Assembly (NCBI GenBank): GCA_003166335.1
Contig: PMWA01000026.1
Coordinates: 13,879 to 30,853 of the forward strand
Direction: 5' to 3'
Origin: Methanobacterium sp.
GTDB lineage: Archaea; Methanobacteriota; Methanobacteria; Methanobacteriales; Methanobacteriaceae
DNA length: 16,975 nt
The notes beneath the pieces were generated by a model that saw only the letters and a program-made list of their open reading frames with translations, searched no databases and was not told the origin of the DNA. This document shows positions 8,522-16,975 of this stretch, one piece after another. The position numbers and the translations under genes are program-made. Each line of letters opens with the position of its first letter. Position 1 is the first letter of the stretch.

Positions 8522-8944
8522 TCACTTCACCACCACAGATGACCAGTCTTCGATTACATTCACAGTTACAATGCCTGTTTGATTATCAACTGTAATACTA
8601 GCAGCGGTTATGGGGTACATTGTTGTACCAGGATATGCTGACAGAGTTGCAGCTTGCTCTGCGTTTGTTATGGCTTCACTTAAGGGAAGCCTAGTTTTGC
8701 TGGTAACTAAGGTATCACCATCAATGTAACTTCCTTCTCTGAAGCCTTCATTAGCTACATTAGCTTTTATAACATCTGTTGGTTCTATATCGTTTCCTTC
8801 TATTATAACTCCCGATATGGGTACTCCTTCATTTATTCCTGGTGAGGAAGCGTAAGCGGTGTAAGTCATAAAACGTCCTGATAAAATAAGTATGAAGGCC
8901 AGTATGAGAATTATTAAAGTGTCTCTTCTAACTTTTATAAACAT
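8522..8944 (-). CDS. Single-pass membrane protein with a POTRA-like (FtsQ/DivIB-type) extracytoplasmic domain
   Basis: Short basic N-tail, one TM (LIILILAFILILSG), then PISGVIIEGN...TDVI...and a closing strand GIVTVNVIED, matching the POTRA pattern I.xI.I.GN....V.V.E; GAGGAG SD. Confidence 0.7.
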   Translation of the reverse strand: MFIKVRRDTLIILILAFILILSGRFMTYTAYASSPGINEGVPISGVIIEGNDIEPTDVIKANVANEGFREGSYIDGDTLVTSKTRLPLSEAITNAEQAATLSAYPGTTMYPITAASITVDNQTGIVTVNVIEDWSSVVVK

Positions 8945-9127
8945 TTCTTGGGTTTCTCCTCTGATTTTCGATTCTAATTATATTATGAATTTAATTTTTT
9001 GTAATATTTAAAATTTGCATTAATGAAATTGGAATAATATTATATTGTTTTGTTGGAATCATGTATAAACATGGGAATTAGTATTAGCATATAAATAGGT
9101 TTACATTATTATTTAACTTTTAGGGGT

Positions 9128-10696
9128 TTAAAATAAATAACGTGATTTTTTATAAATATCTTCTTTATATTTAAAGGCGGCTTCACCGATACAAACAACA
9201 GCAGGTACGTCACATTCTAGTGCTTTTTCCAATCCACTTATTACCTGCTCTAAATTAGCTCCTAATGTTCGTTTTTTAAATTCTCGAGGATTTTTAGTAG
9301 TTAAAAGGATTTTTTCAGACGTCATAGATTCCATAAGTTTATCCGCAGCTTTTCGAGAGTAAAAAGAAGCAGGAATTATAAAATCAGCATTTTCTAGACA
9401 TTTATTTAAAATGTTAATATCACCTGTTTCACCTGATTCTGATGAAACAGTTATAACAACTGCAATTCGTCCATGAATCTTACGCAATTCCCGGAGCACG
9501 GTTTCCACTCCTCCCGGGTTATGAGCATAATCTATTATCACTTCTTTACCCTTACAATAACCAATATAATCAAGCCGCCCGGGCACGCCTTTAAAACATT
9601 CTACAACAGTTAAAATTTCATTAATCGGTATATCCAGGAATTCTATCGCTGCTGTTATCGCGCCTAAGATATTGTAAATATTATGAAGTCCCACGATTGA
9701 TGTATGTACATTAAAAACATCTTCGGGTGTGTGTAGTATGAAACCATCCTTATCTATGGCCGTGGCAAGATAATCAGGCTCAACCCTCTCCACCCCACAT
9801 TCGCAGCGATAATAACCCATTCCGGATATAGTTTCCTCTACAATGATTTCTCTTCCACAACAGCATAATTTTTTATTTTCAACTGTCTCCTTATAATCCA
9901 CTCCAAATCTAATAATATGGCCAGTTATATCAGAAGGAAGATTATTAATTAAACCTGTTATTGTAGGGTCATCCGCATTTATGATTAACAGTTTATTTTT
10001 AAGATAATCTACAAATTCACTTTTTATAGCAGCGTAACTGAGAAAATCTTGATGATTTGGCATGTGATCTGGAGTGATATTGGTTATTATACCGCATGAT
10101 GGTTCACAACGTTCCAATATAAATTTCAAGTCTCCTGGAACACCGAACGTACCGGTTTCGAGAATGGCTACATCTCCTTGTAATCTGCACTGTAATGGTG
10201 GTATATAATCAATATTACCCTGTAATTCTTTGAAACCATGCTCTGTGGGAGTAATTCCGTAGTAATTGCATATATGTTTCAAGAGAGTGGTAGTAGTGGT
10301 TTTACCATTAGTGCCGGTTATGCAAAGCACGGGTTTATCCGGCTTGATCATATTAAGTATATCATCAACTTCTAAGACTTCAGATCTACCATGTATTAAC
10401 TTTTTATAAAGATTAGAATTCTTGGATAAGCTGGGGGGTGGAATTATATAATCTGATTCTTTAAAAAAATTTTCAGGATGCCCTGCAAGGTAAAGAGGTA
10501 AGTCATAATTCTCGAAAGTGTATTTGAATTTACATTGAGCTGCTGACTTATAATCAGTGCCTATAACTTTTAAATCATGTTCAAAGAGTACACGAGCTAT
10601 CAAATTCCCGACTACTCCACAAACACCTATTACTCCATAAATAGGAGGACATGGTTCTATCAGAGGTACAATGTCATCTTTTTTATTGCTGTTCAT
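9128..10696 (-). CDS. Pseudomurein Mur-type peptide ligase, MurC-like, with a Cys-rich Zn-ribbon insertion
   Basis: N-terminal Rossmann [10 protein letters not shown]...VIGTD, P-loop [52 protein letters not shown] overlap with the upstream ligase. Confidence 0.9.
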   Translation of the reverse strand: MNSNKKDDIVPLIEPCPPIYGVIGVCGVVGNLIARVLFEHDLKVIGTDYKSAAQCKFKYTFENYDLPLYLAGHPENFFKESDYIIPPPSLSKNSNLYKKLIHGRSEVLEVDDILNMIKPDKPVLCITGTNGKTTTTTLLKHICNYYGITPTEHGFKELQGNIDYIPPLQCRLQGDVAILETGTFGVPGDLKFILERCEPSCGIITNITPDHMPNHQDFLSYAAIKSEFVDYLKNKLLIINADDPTITGLINNLPSDITGHIIRFGVDYKETVENKKLCCCGREIIVEETISGMGYYRCECGVERVEPDYLATAIDKDGFILHTPEDVFNVHTSIVGLHNIYNILGAITAAIEFLDIPINEILTVVECFKGVPGRLDYIGYCKGKEVIIDYAHNPGGVETVLRELRKIHGRIAVVITVSSESGETGDINILNKCLENADFIIPASFYSRKAADKLMESMTSEKILLTTKNPREFKKRTLGANLEQVISGLEKALECDVPAVVCIGEAAFKYKEDIYKKSRYLF

Positions 10697-12108
10697 TGTT
10701 TTCTACAACCTTTCTCAAGGCCAGATTTCATTTTTTGCTTCAACTCATCATAATTGGTTATAGCTCCAGGACCTACATGTAAAATGGTGTCACCAGGCTT
10801 TGAATTTTCAATGGCAAGCTTTCCAGCAGTTATCATGTCTTTTGTAGCGATTTTAATGCAGTTTGAATTATGGATGCCTCTTAAAACTTCATGGGCTGCA
10901 TTCATATCTACTACTCCTGTGGTTTCATTATATCCACTGGAAATGATAATATCAGCATATTCACCCACTACATTACCTATTTTGTATTTATCTCTAATAG
11001 TTGTGGTGTCAGGGTTATCGATTAAAACTATTAATTCTGGGTTAGAAAACTGTTCTAGGGTGGCAACTAATCCTTCCGGTACAAAAGCAGCATCAAAATG
11101 AATTTCTCGGCCACAATAATTTCCTATATATTCTAAATGTCCTGGAATCCCTTTGAATTGTATTAAACCTTGCTTAATCGTGTTTTCACTTAAACCATAA
11201 GTTAAAGCCACTGCTGCAGAGGCTATTGAATTTTCGAAATAGTAACCCATTAATTTAAAGGTTGATTCAAATGTACCATGACTATTGATTAATTCATAAT
11301 CAATCTGGATTCTCTGATTGTTAAGGTAACCAGAAACGTCACATTCAAATTCATTAATCGTTTTAGTTTTCCGGGTGCAATAATATATTGTATCATCCCT
11401 TAAAGGTTCTAGATATTCTTTGCATAAGGGGGTGGAAATTAAGGTTTCACTTGAATTAGCTATAAAAAGCTTACGCTGAGCATATTTTTCGACTGATCCC
11501 TCGAATTCATCAAGATGATCTTTATAAATATTAGTGAGTACTCCTATTTTCAGTTTAACCTGTGACATTAGTCTGGAAGTACCGTGGGGTAGTTCAAAAA
11601 TTGCTATATCATTTTGGTGATGATAATCTTTGATTATTCCGTCTATAATTACTTCACTTAGGAGATTACCATGGCGTGATGAACACTTCCACACTTTATA
11701 TCCTCCACTTTCAAATATTTGGGAGATGATGTGCGTTGTGCTGGTTTTACCTAGGGTTCCTGTAACTCCAATTATATCTATATTAATGATGTCATCGATT
11801 ATATGGGATATATCCCTATGATTAATTAATTTCACCCCATTAAGATTCAAAATTTTTCTTATCAATGAATTTGTAGGTATTGTGGGGGATATATAAGCTG
11901 AATTGATATATTTAAGTTCAGGAGTGTAATTTGGGCCTAAATTTAATTCTATTCCTTCTTTTTTCATTTGATTAAGGATTTTCTGAGTTTTTTTGGGGAA
12001 TTCTTCTAGTTTTTTCTGATCAGTGAGTACAACTTTATGATCAATGTAATTCAGAATCCTGGCTACGGGGCGCCCGGCGTTGCCAGCCCCTATTACTATG
12101 CAATTCAT
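10693..12108 (-). CDS. Pseudomurein Mur-type peptide ligase, MurD-like
   Basis: MurD-like N-terminus [13 protein letters not shown]...LTD, YISPTIP, P-loop [29 protein letters not shown]. Confidence 0.88.
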   Translation of the reverse strand: MNCIVIGAGNAGRPVARILNYIDHKVVLTDQKKLEEFPKKTQKILNQMKKEGIELNLGPNYTPELKYINSAYISPTIPTNSLIRKILNLNGVKLINHRDISHIIDDIINIDIIGVTGTLGKTSTTHIISQIFESGGYKVWKCSSRHGNLLSEVIIDGIIKDYHHQNDIAIFELPHGTSRLMSQVKLKIGVLTNIYKDHLDEFEGSVEKYAQRKLFIANSSETLISTPLCKEYLEPLRDDTIYYCTRKTKTINEFECDVSGYLNNQRIQIDYELINSHGTFESTFKLMGYYFENSIASAAVALTYGLSENTIKQGLIQFKGIPGHLEYIGNYCGREIHFDAAFVPEGLVATLEQFSNPELIVLIDNPDTTTIRDKYKIGNVVGEYADIIISSGYNETTGVVDMNAAHEVLRGIHNSNCIKIATKDMITAGKLAIENSKPGDTILHVGPGAITNYDELKQKMKSGLEKGCRKQ

Positions 12109-12390
12109 ATTAGGTAAACTCCATTTTATGAAACATTTAGGATAATCATTTATTATAGCTCATTTTTATGCTATATTTATTTTTTATTTTAATAGTCGTC
12201 TGATTGACAATATTAATATGAATATAAAAAATGATTCATTAAATGTTTATTTAAAAAAAATATGCATATCCTAATACATCTAAAATTTCATCGAGGATAT
12301 TATAATTAAATAAATTAATAATTAAAAATTTTTTTAAATAAAAGTTCTATTATTCTTACTTATTTGAAATTTGACATTGACTATTTTTTT

Positions 12391-13815
12391 TTAACATACC
12401 TCAATCTTCTTTAAAACTTCTTTAGCGGGATCCATTCCCTGAGCACCGATTAATAGAATAGTATCATCTTTTTTAGAGGATTTAATAACATATTTTAACG
12501 CATCAAACAATTCTTCATAGAATATGTAATTTAAATCATTCTTCTCAAGGGTTTCTGTAAATATCTTTTTTTCAGAGGGTTGAACCTTATTAGCCTGATC
12601 CACCATCTCCACGCTACTAGTGATTACCAGATGATGTTTAATGCCTTTTAAACTCTTAGCAATAGCTTCAGCATTTATTTGATTTATAGGTACACCACGA
12701 GAGCCGCGAATAGCCGATACAAGATATAAATCTCCACTAGCCATCTGCGCAGCACTTTTTATAGTAAACCTTATACCATCAGGATTATGAGCAAAGTCAT
12801 CAATTATAAGTGGACTTTCATATAGAACACTAAACCTCCGATTCAGGGCCTTATATGATGAAACTGCCTTCTTAATAATATCAAGATCAATTTTTAATGC
12901 CATAGCCACCCCCACAGCAGCTAGAGTGTTCTGAATAAAATGAGGACTTTTAAAAGGTAATTCATCTTTACTCAGTATAAGTCTTCCCTTATGATATATC
13001 CCATCATCTAAAAATTCTAACTCGGATCCATAGCCATAAAATACCACTTCAGCAGAAGACGGGACTAAGTCACCCATACTTCTTATAAGAGGATCATTAT
13101 AATTTAAAATAACATAATCTCCCTTAAATCCTTTAAGTGCTCCTAATACTTCATTAAATGATTCTTCAATAGAATTCACCAAACCAATATGATCCAAAGA
13201 AACGTTGGTGAACACTAAAATCTTTGGATTAATGGTAGAAGTCATGAGTTGGGCGTGATTTTTCATGATTCTATCCATCCATCCCTGAACTTCAGAAACC
13301 TCTACTACCATAGCCTCTATCCTACCCGGGAATTCTGCAATCTGTTTAGCCACCATAGGATCAATAAGAGTGTTAAATTCTGATTGAGAATCAGTATTAG
13401 TGTAAGTAGTGTAACCTGCCTCTCGTAAAATGGTGTAGATCATATGGGTGGTGGTTGATTTACCATTAGTACCAGTCACTACTACGCGTGTAGCATTATC
13501 TGAGAAGTTTTCTATTGACCATTTAAGTGCAAATGCATTGGCTAATTCTATTTTATCACAGATTATTAAAGGTAAACCAAGTAATTCAGCAGTTTTAAGA
13601 GCATTTTCAGAAGGATTTTGAGTTATAATACATGAAACACCTTTTTTAAATGCAATTTCAACACCGATTTCATCTATTCGATGTCTTATAACCACATCAT
13701 CCTTCTTTGAATCTTTTAAAATGTTAAATATACCATTTATATGGATATTATCTCCAATAAGTTCCCCATTAACATGATTCGCCAAATCAAGTGTGTTTAA
13801 TTCTGTTTTAACCAT
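12391..13815 (-). CDS. Pseudomurein Mur-type peptide ligase, MurE/F-like
   Basis: MurE/F-type N-domain (LANHVNGELIG), P-loop VTGTNGKSTT, VVEVSE, FTNVSLDH, LNYNDP, IDDFAHNPDG, DTILLIGA; 6 nt downstream of the MraY-like gene. Confidence 0.9.
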   Translation of the reverse strand: MVKTELNTLDLANHVNGELIGDNIHINGIFNILKDSKKDDVVIRHRIDEIGVEIAFKKGVSCIITQNPSENALKTAELLGLPLIICDKIELANAFALKWSIENFSDNATRVVVTGTNGKSTTTHMIYTILREAGYTTYTNTDSQSEFNTLIDPMVAKQIAEFPGRIEAMVVEVSEVQGWMDRIMKNHAQLMTSTINPKILVFTNVSLDHIGLVNSIEESFNEVLGALKGFKGDYVILNYNDPLIRSMGDLVPSSAEVVFYGYGSELEFLDDGIYHKGRLILSKDELPFKSPHFIQNTLAAVGVAMALKIDLDIIKKAVSSYKALNRRFSVLYESPLIIDDFAHNPDGIRFTIKSAAQMASGDLYLVSAIRGSRGVPINQINAEAIAKSLKGIKHHLVITSSVEMVDQANKVQPSEKKIFTETLEKNDLNYIFYEELFDALKYVIKSSKKDDTILLIGAQGMDPAKEVLKKIEVC

Positions 13816-13821
13816 TCTTAA

Positions 13822-14907
13822 TCACCGGAAGAAATGGTAAAAATATAGGGCGACTAAACAAATTATTAATGTAGCTAACCAATACGTGAGAACTATTTTA
13901 GTTTCAGACCATCCTTTATGATTCAATGTATGGTGTAATGGTTCTACTTCTAAATTTATGATACCTGCACGATGCATAAGACTGATTATAACGGAAATTA
14001 TAGGCACTGCTAGTACCACTACTGCAAAAATAATTACATCCCCCATTATAGCTGCAGCAGCATATAAACCTCCCAGAGCGAATGATCCAACATCACCCAT
14101 GAATATAGATGCCGGTATTTTATTGTACACTAAAAATCCGAAGCAAACTCCTCCAATAGCCATGAAAATTACTGAAGTATCCAATCGACCAGTTAGAATT
14201 GAGAATACTGCACAAGCTACTGAAGCCATTCCTAATATTCCTGATGCTAAACCATCCATTCCATCTATTAAATTAACGGCATTAATGGATCCAACCACAC
14301 CGACAATGGTTATGGGGATAGCTAATAATCCAACGTAAAAACCGCTTAAAGTGGTGGGTATAGCTCCAGACACTATCAAAAATAGTGATACCATAATTTG
14401 GGCTAATATTTTATTCTTTTCTTTTAATTCACTCTTGATAGGAATTTCGCGGATAACTTTTATTTTATTTTGACTTAAAAGTTCATCAAGCTGTTTCTTA
14501 GCTTTAGAAGTTATAATTCTTGCCTCATGACCTGGTTTTAAGGCTATCATACCTATTTCTACTTGTTTAGAATAAATATTTTGAACTACCTTCTGAAATT
14601 CTTTGATTCTAAGGCCGATAAGGTCATCTAGCAATCCTATAACTGCAGCCACTACCATTAATCCAACTGTTAAAACTACGAGTTTATTTTGGTAATATAA
14701 ACTGAGGATTAATAACATTCCTAAAATTATTGCTAAACCACCCATTGTGGGTGTTCCTTTTTTGTGACTGTGCTCTGATACTATGGGATTATCGGTTATA
14801 CTAGCTTTTAATAATGCTAATCGGACGTAAGGTGTGAAAAAAGCCACTGCCACAAACGCTATTATAAAAGGAATTATTGAGTTTAATAATCCCAAGTTAA
14901 GACTCAA
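13822..14907 (-). CDS. mraY: MraY-like polyprenyl-phosphate sugar-phosphate transferase (glycosyltransferase family 4)
   Basis: Motifs HKKGTPTMGG, GLLDD, NAVNLIDGMDGLA, IFMGDVGS, PLHH, W.E.KIV; multiple TM helices; TTG start. Confidence 0.92.
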   Translation of the reverse strand: MSLNLGLLNSIIPFIIAFVAVAFFTPYVRLALLKASITDNPIVSEHSHKKGTPTMGGLAIILGMLLILSLYYQNKLVVLTVGLMVVAAVIGLLDDLIGLRIKEFQKVVQNIYSKQVEIGMIALKPGHEARIITSKAKKQLDELLSQNKIKVIREIPIKSELKEKNKILAQIMVSLFLIVSGAIPTTLSGFYVGLLAIPITIVGVVGSINAVNLIDGMDGLASGILGMASVACAVFSILTGRLDTSVIFMAIGGVCFGFLVYNKIPASIFMGDVGSFALGGLYAAAAIMGDVIIFAVVVLAVPIISVIISLMHRAGIINLEVEPLHHTLNHKGWSETKIVLTYWLATLIICLVALYFYHFFR

Positions 14908-14914
14908 ATAATCA

Positions 14915-16057
14915 CTACTCCATTATTTTAAGATTTTTCACAATTTCAAATGAATTAGATAGATTTTCTGATCTAATTGTTATTCTACATGCTTTATCAG
15001 GTCCATGGATTATCCATGGTTTATCTGAAGTAAATATGCGGTTTTTATGATCATTATTATTCTGTGAAGGATTTTGAATTAGATTATTTTTATTTAAGGA
15101 TAATGACATTTCTAAAGCGTTGTATTGTTTGATTTCTCTTTCAATTATACGAGGTTTCCATTCGCCCATTGCCATGTTAACTAGTTGCTGCATAGGGTTT
15201 ATATTTGATGAGCTGAAAGTCAGAAACCTAGTACCACTAGGTCTAGTGTTCATCTCCAATGTATTTATTTGTTTTGTTTCTTCGCTAAATATAAATTCTA
15301 TTTCAGTGGTTCCATTTGCATCAAGTTTATCAGTAATGTTTTTAGCTATTTTCATGAGTTTTTGATTATTTAAATTTTCAAGATTAGCTGGTGCAGTTCT
15401 GATTTTATTTAAGGGATGAGTTCCTTCTAAAGTTGTATCACCTTTATATACACTCACTAAGGGTACAGACTTATTTTTCCATCTTAATACTTCCACTGAG
15501 ACTTCTGCACCTTTTAAAAAATCTTCCATCATTGCTTGAGAATATATTCCAAAATATGATTCTATATCTTCGGGGGATAAAGCGATTTTAACGCCAACAC
15601 CACCCTGGCCTTCAGCCTGTTTCAGAACGGTTGGAAATCTTAATCTATATTTAGAGGATTCGTACTGTTTTTTGGAAATTTCAATGGATCCGGGGGTTTT
15701 TATATTATTTTTTATTAAAAAATTCTTTGTTTTAAATTTATTTATGGAAATTTCTGTAGCATTTATTCCTGAAGCAATTACGGGTAGGTTATAATCCTTC
15801 TCAAGCTTCTCTTTCATTTTAGCTACTTCAAGAAGCGGTTTATCAATACCTATAAGGGGTACTACTGCATCAACATCTTCAGATAAAGCTATATTTATCG
15901 GATGATCCATTCCTCTGGGAACTATATGATACTCATCAGCTAATTTTAGATTTGAAGAATTAGGGTTGGATTCTGATAAAATGGTTGTAACTCCCCGGGA
16001 TTGGGCATACAATGCCACTTCATCAAAGAGTCTTGCCCCAATAAATAAGATTTTCAT
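14915..16057 (-). CDS. ATP-grasp ligase (CarB/biotin-carboxylase-related) of the pseudomurein cluster
   Basis: Motifs NKFKTK.FL....I.TP, FPTVLKQAEGQGGVGV, EDFLKGAEVSVE and LEMNTRPSG; 7 nt upstream of the MraY-like gene. Confidence 0.88.
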   Translation of the reverse strand: MKILFIGARLFDEVALYAQSRGVTTILSESNPNSSNLKLADEYHIVPRGMDHPINIALSEDVDAVVPLIGIDKPLLEVAKMKEKLEKDYNLPVIASGINATEISINKFKTKNFLIKNNIKTPGSIEISKKQYESSKYRLRFPTVLKQAEGQGGVGVKIALSPEDIESYFGIYSQAMMEDFLKGAEVSVEVLRWKNKSVPLVSVYKGDTTLEGTHPLNKIRTAPANLENLNNQKLMKIAKNITDKLDANGTTEIEFIFSEETKQINTLEMNTRPSGTRFLTFSSSNINPMQQLVNMAMGEWKPRIIEREIKQYNALEMSLSLNKNNLIQNPSQNNNDHKNRIFTSDKPWIIHGPDKACRITIRSENLSNSFEIVKNLKIME

Positions 16058-16359
16058 AGTAACCGTTAAAACGTTTCTTTAGATTAATAATTATAGTAAA
16101 TAATTAATTTATTTTATTTTTCTGAAATTTTACTAAATTAAATATAAGTTATAAATACAGCAAATTTAATTTTCTTAATTTAAATTAATATGTGTAATCC
16201 AAAATAAATTTTTTATTATTTTTACATAACTCTTTTTTAAAATGTCATGTAAAATCTTTTTGGATAATCAATTTTTACTAAGAATTTGGAATTTTTCATA
16301 TTAATAAAACTAGATCTCAATTTCTATTAATTTATAGAGGTTTATAAGACTATCTAGAT

Positions 16360-16833
16360 TCATTTTATTAAAATCTTCAAGAATATATTAACTAAATATT
16401 CCATACTTTTTTTAATTTCCATCGAGATATTACACACAAATTCCAGTTCTTTAGGCTGAATTCCTATAAGAACAATATCTGCTTTAGTTGAATGTTCAAG
16501 ATACTTCACCAAAAATGAGAGGGGCATGGCATGAGTTGATAAATGATAATTAGCAATTTCATTATGTTCTATAATTCTAATGTATCCTGGTTCTTTTCCC
16601 ATATCCGCAGCGTCAATCAAAATGATATTATCAGGATTCTCCTTTTTAATGGCCCCAGTATAGTTTTCAGGGACAGTTCCCCCATCCATAACCACTATAT
16701 TATTCTTTTCTTTGAATAATTTACTAAGTCGCCTGGCCAAAAGTGATCCTAAGAAGTCATCACCTCTTAACTCATTCCCTATGCCTAAAATAACTAGTTT
16801 ATCACTGTTATTAAGAAATTTCTTTAATTTCAT
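16360..16833 (-). CDS. hycI: Hydrogenase maturation endopeptidase, HycI-type
   Basis: Motifs LGIGNELRGDD..G, DGGTVPENY, IILIDAA, STHAMPL, LIGIQP. Confidence 0.93.
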   Translation of the reverse strand: MKLKKFLNNSDKLVILGIGNELRGDDFLGSLLARRLSKLFKEKNNIVVMDGGTVPENYTGAIKKENPDNIILIDAADMGKEPGYIRIIEHNEIANYHLSTHAMPLSFLVKYLEHSTKADIVLIGIQPKELEFVCNISMEIKKSMEYLVNIFLKILIK

Positions 16834-16975
16834 TTCTAATGGTATTTAATCCACCGCCCATAGTATACTTTAAATTAATTGTTATATTATCATCCTTTTT
16901 AACTCTTAATTTCTCAATTGGAATTAATAAAGGAGGATTTAACATGGGAGTTGGTCCACAAATTATATTAGATGT
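16811..16975 (-). CDS. 3' end of a gene entering from the right edge; probably an archaeal SAM-dependent methyltransferase (PrmA/PRMT-like)
   Basis: Not in the ORF track. Open frame from the window end: TSNIICGPTPMLNPPLLIPIEKLRVKKDDNITINLKYTMGGGLNTIRNEIKEIS*, overlapping the hycI start by 23 nt. The product call rests on recalled similarity of the GPTPMLNPP / Y.MGGG C-terminus. Confidence 0.65.
   Translation of the reverse strand, partial: TSNIICGPTPMLNPPLLIPIEKLRVKKDDNITINLKYTMGGGLNTIRNEIKEIS

Noticed and set aside
6945..8595. Plus-strand ORFs 6945-7226, 8026-8331 and 8341-8595
   Set aside because: Antisense shadows of the minus-strand operon genes.
12109..12390. Long AT-rich spacers (also 3887-4106 and 16058-16359) inspected for CRISPR repeats, IS ends, tRNAs or further sRNAs
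   Set aside because: No regularly spaced repeats, terminal inverted repeats, cloverleaf or C/D box pattern seen; only short low-complexity matches such as TTGACATTGAC.
10754..15365. Plus-strand ORFs 10754-11101, 11630-11821, 13958-14338 and 15120-15365
   Set aside because: Antisense shadows of the MurD-like, MraY-like and ATP-grasp genes.
16931..16975. AGGAGG followed by ATG 16944 on the plus strand (MGVGPQIILD...), resembling a gene start
   Set aside because: It is better explained as the antisense of CCT-CCT (Pro-Pro) codons in the minus-strand gene that runs into hycI.

Overview
AT-rich archaeal chromosomal DNA, almost certainly from a pseudomurein-walled methanogen (Methanobacteriales, Methanobacterium-like). 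The left half is housekeeping: carB (5' part), carA, a RimI-type acetyltransferase, a UPF0146-like gene, cbiJ/cobK, a box C/D guide RNA missed by the ORF track (predicted to guide Cm34 of intron-containing pre-tRNA-Met), one orphan ORF, and the divergent pan/mbf1 pair. The right half (6845-16057, all minus strand) is a pseudomurein cell-wall cluster. In transcription order it reads: ATP-grasp ligase, MraY-like transferase, three Mur-type ligases (MurE-, MurD- and MurC-like), a small single-pass membrane protein with a POTRA/FtsQ-like domain, an exported C-terminally anchored 434-aa protein, and a DUF356-like gene. The predicted mature N-terminus of the 434-aa protein (T-C-N-V-I-I-I-T-D) looks like an Ntn-hydrolase. 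hycI and the 3' end of a probable methyltransferase close the window. The most interesting hypothesis is that the POTRA protein and the putative Ntn-hydrolase form an uncharacterised extracytoplasmic pseudomurein cross-linking, remodelling or division module. All assignments come from reading motifs by eye; no searches were run.
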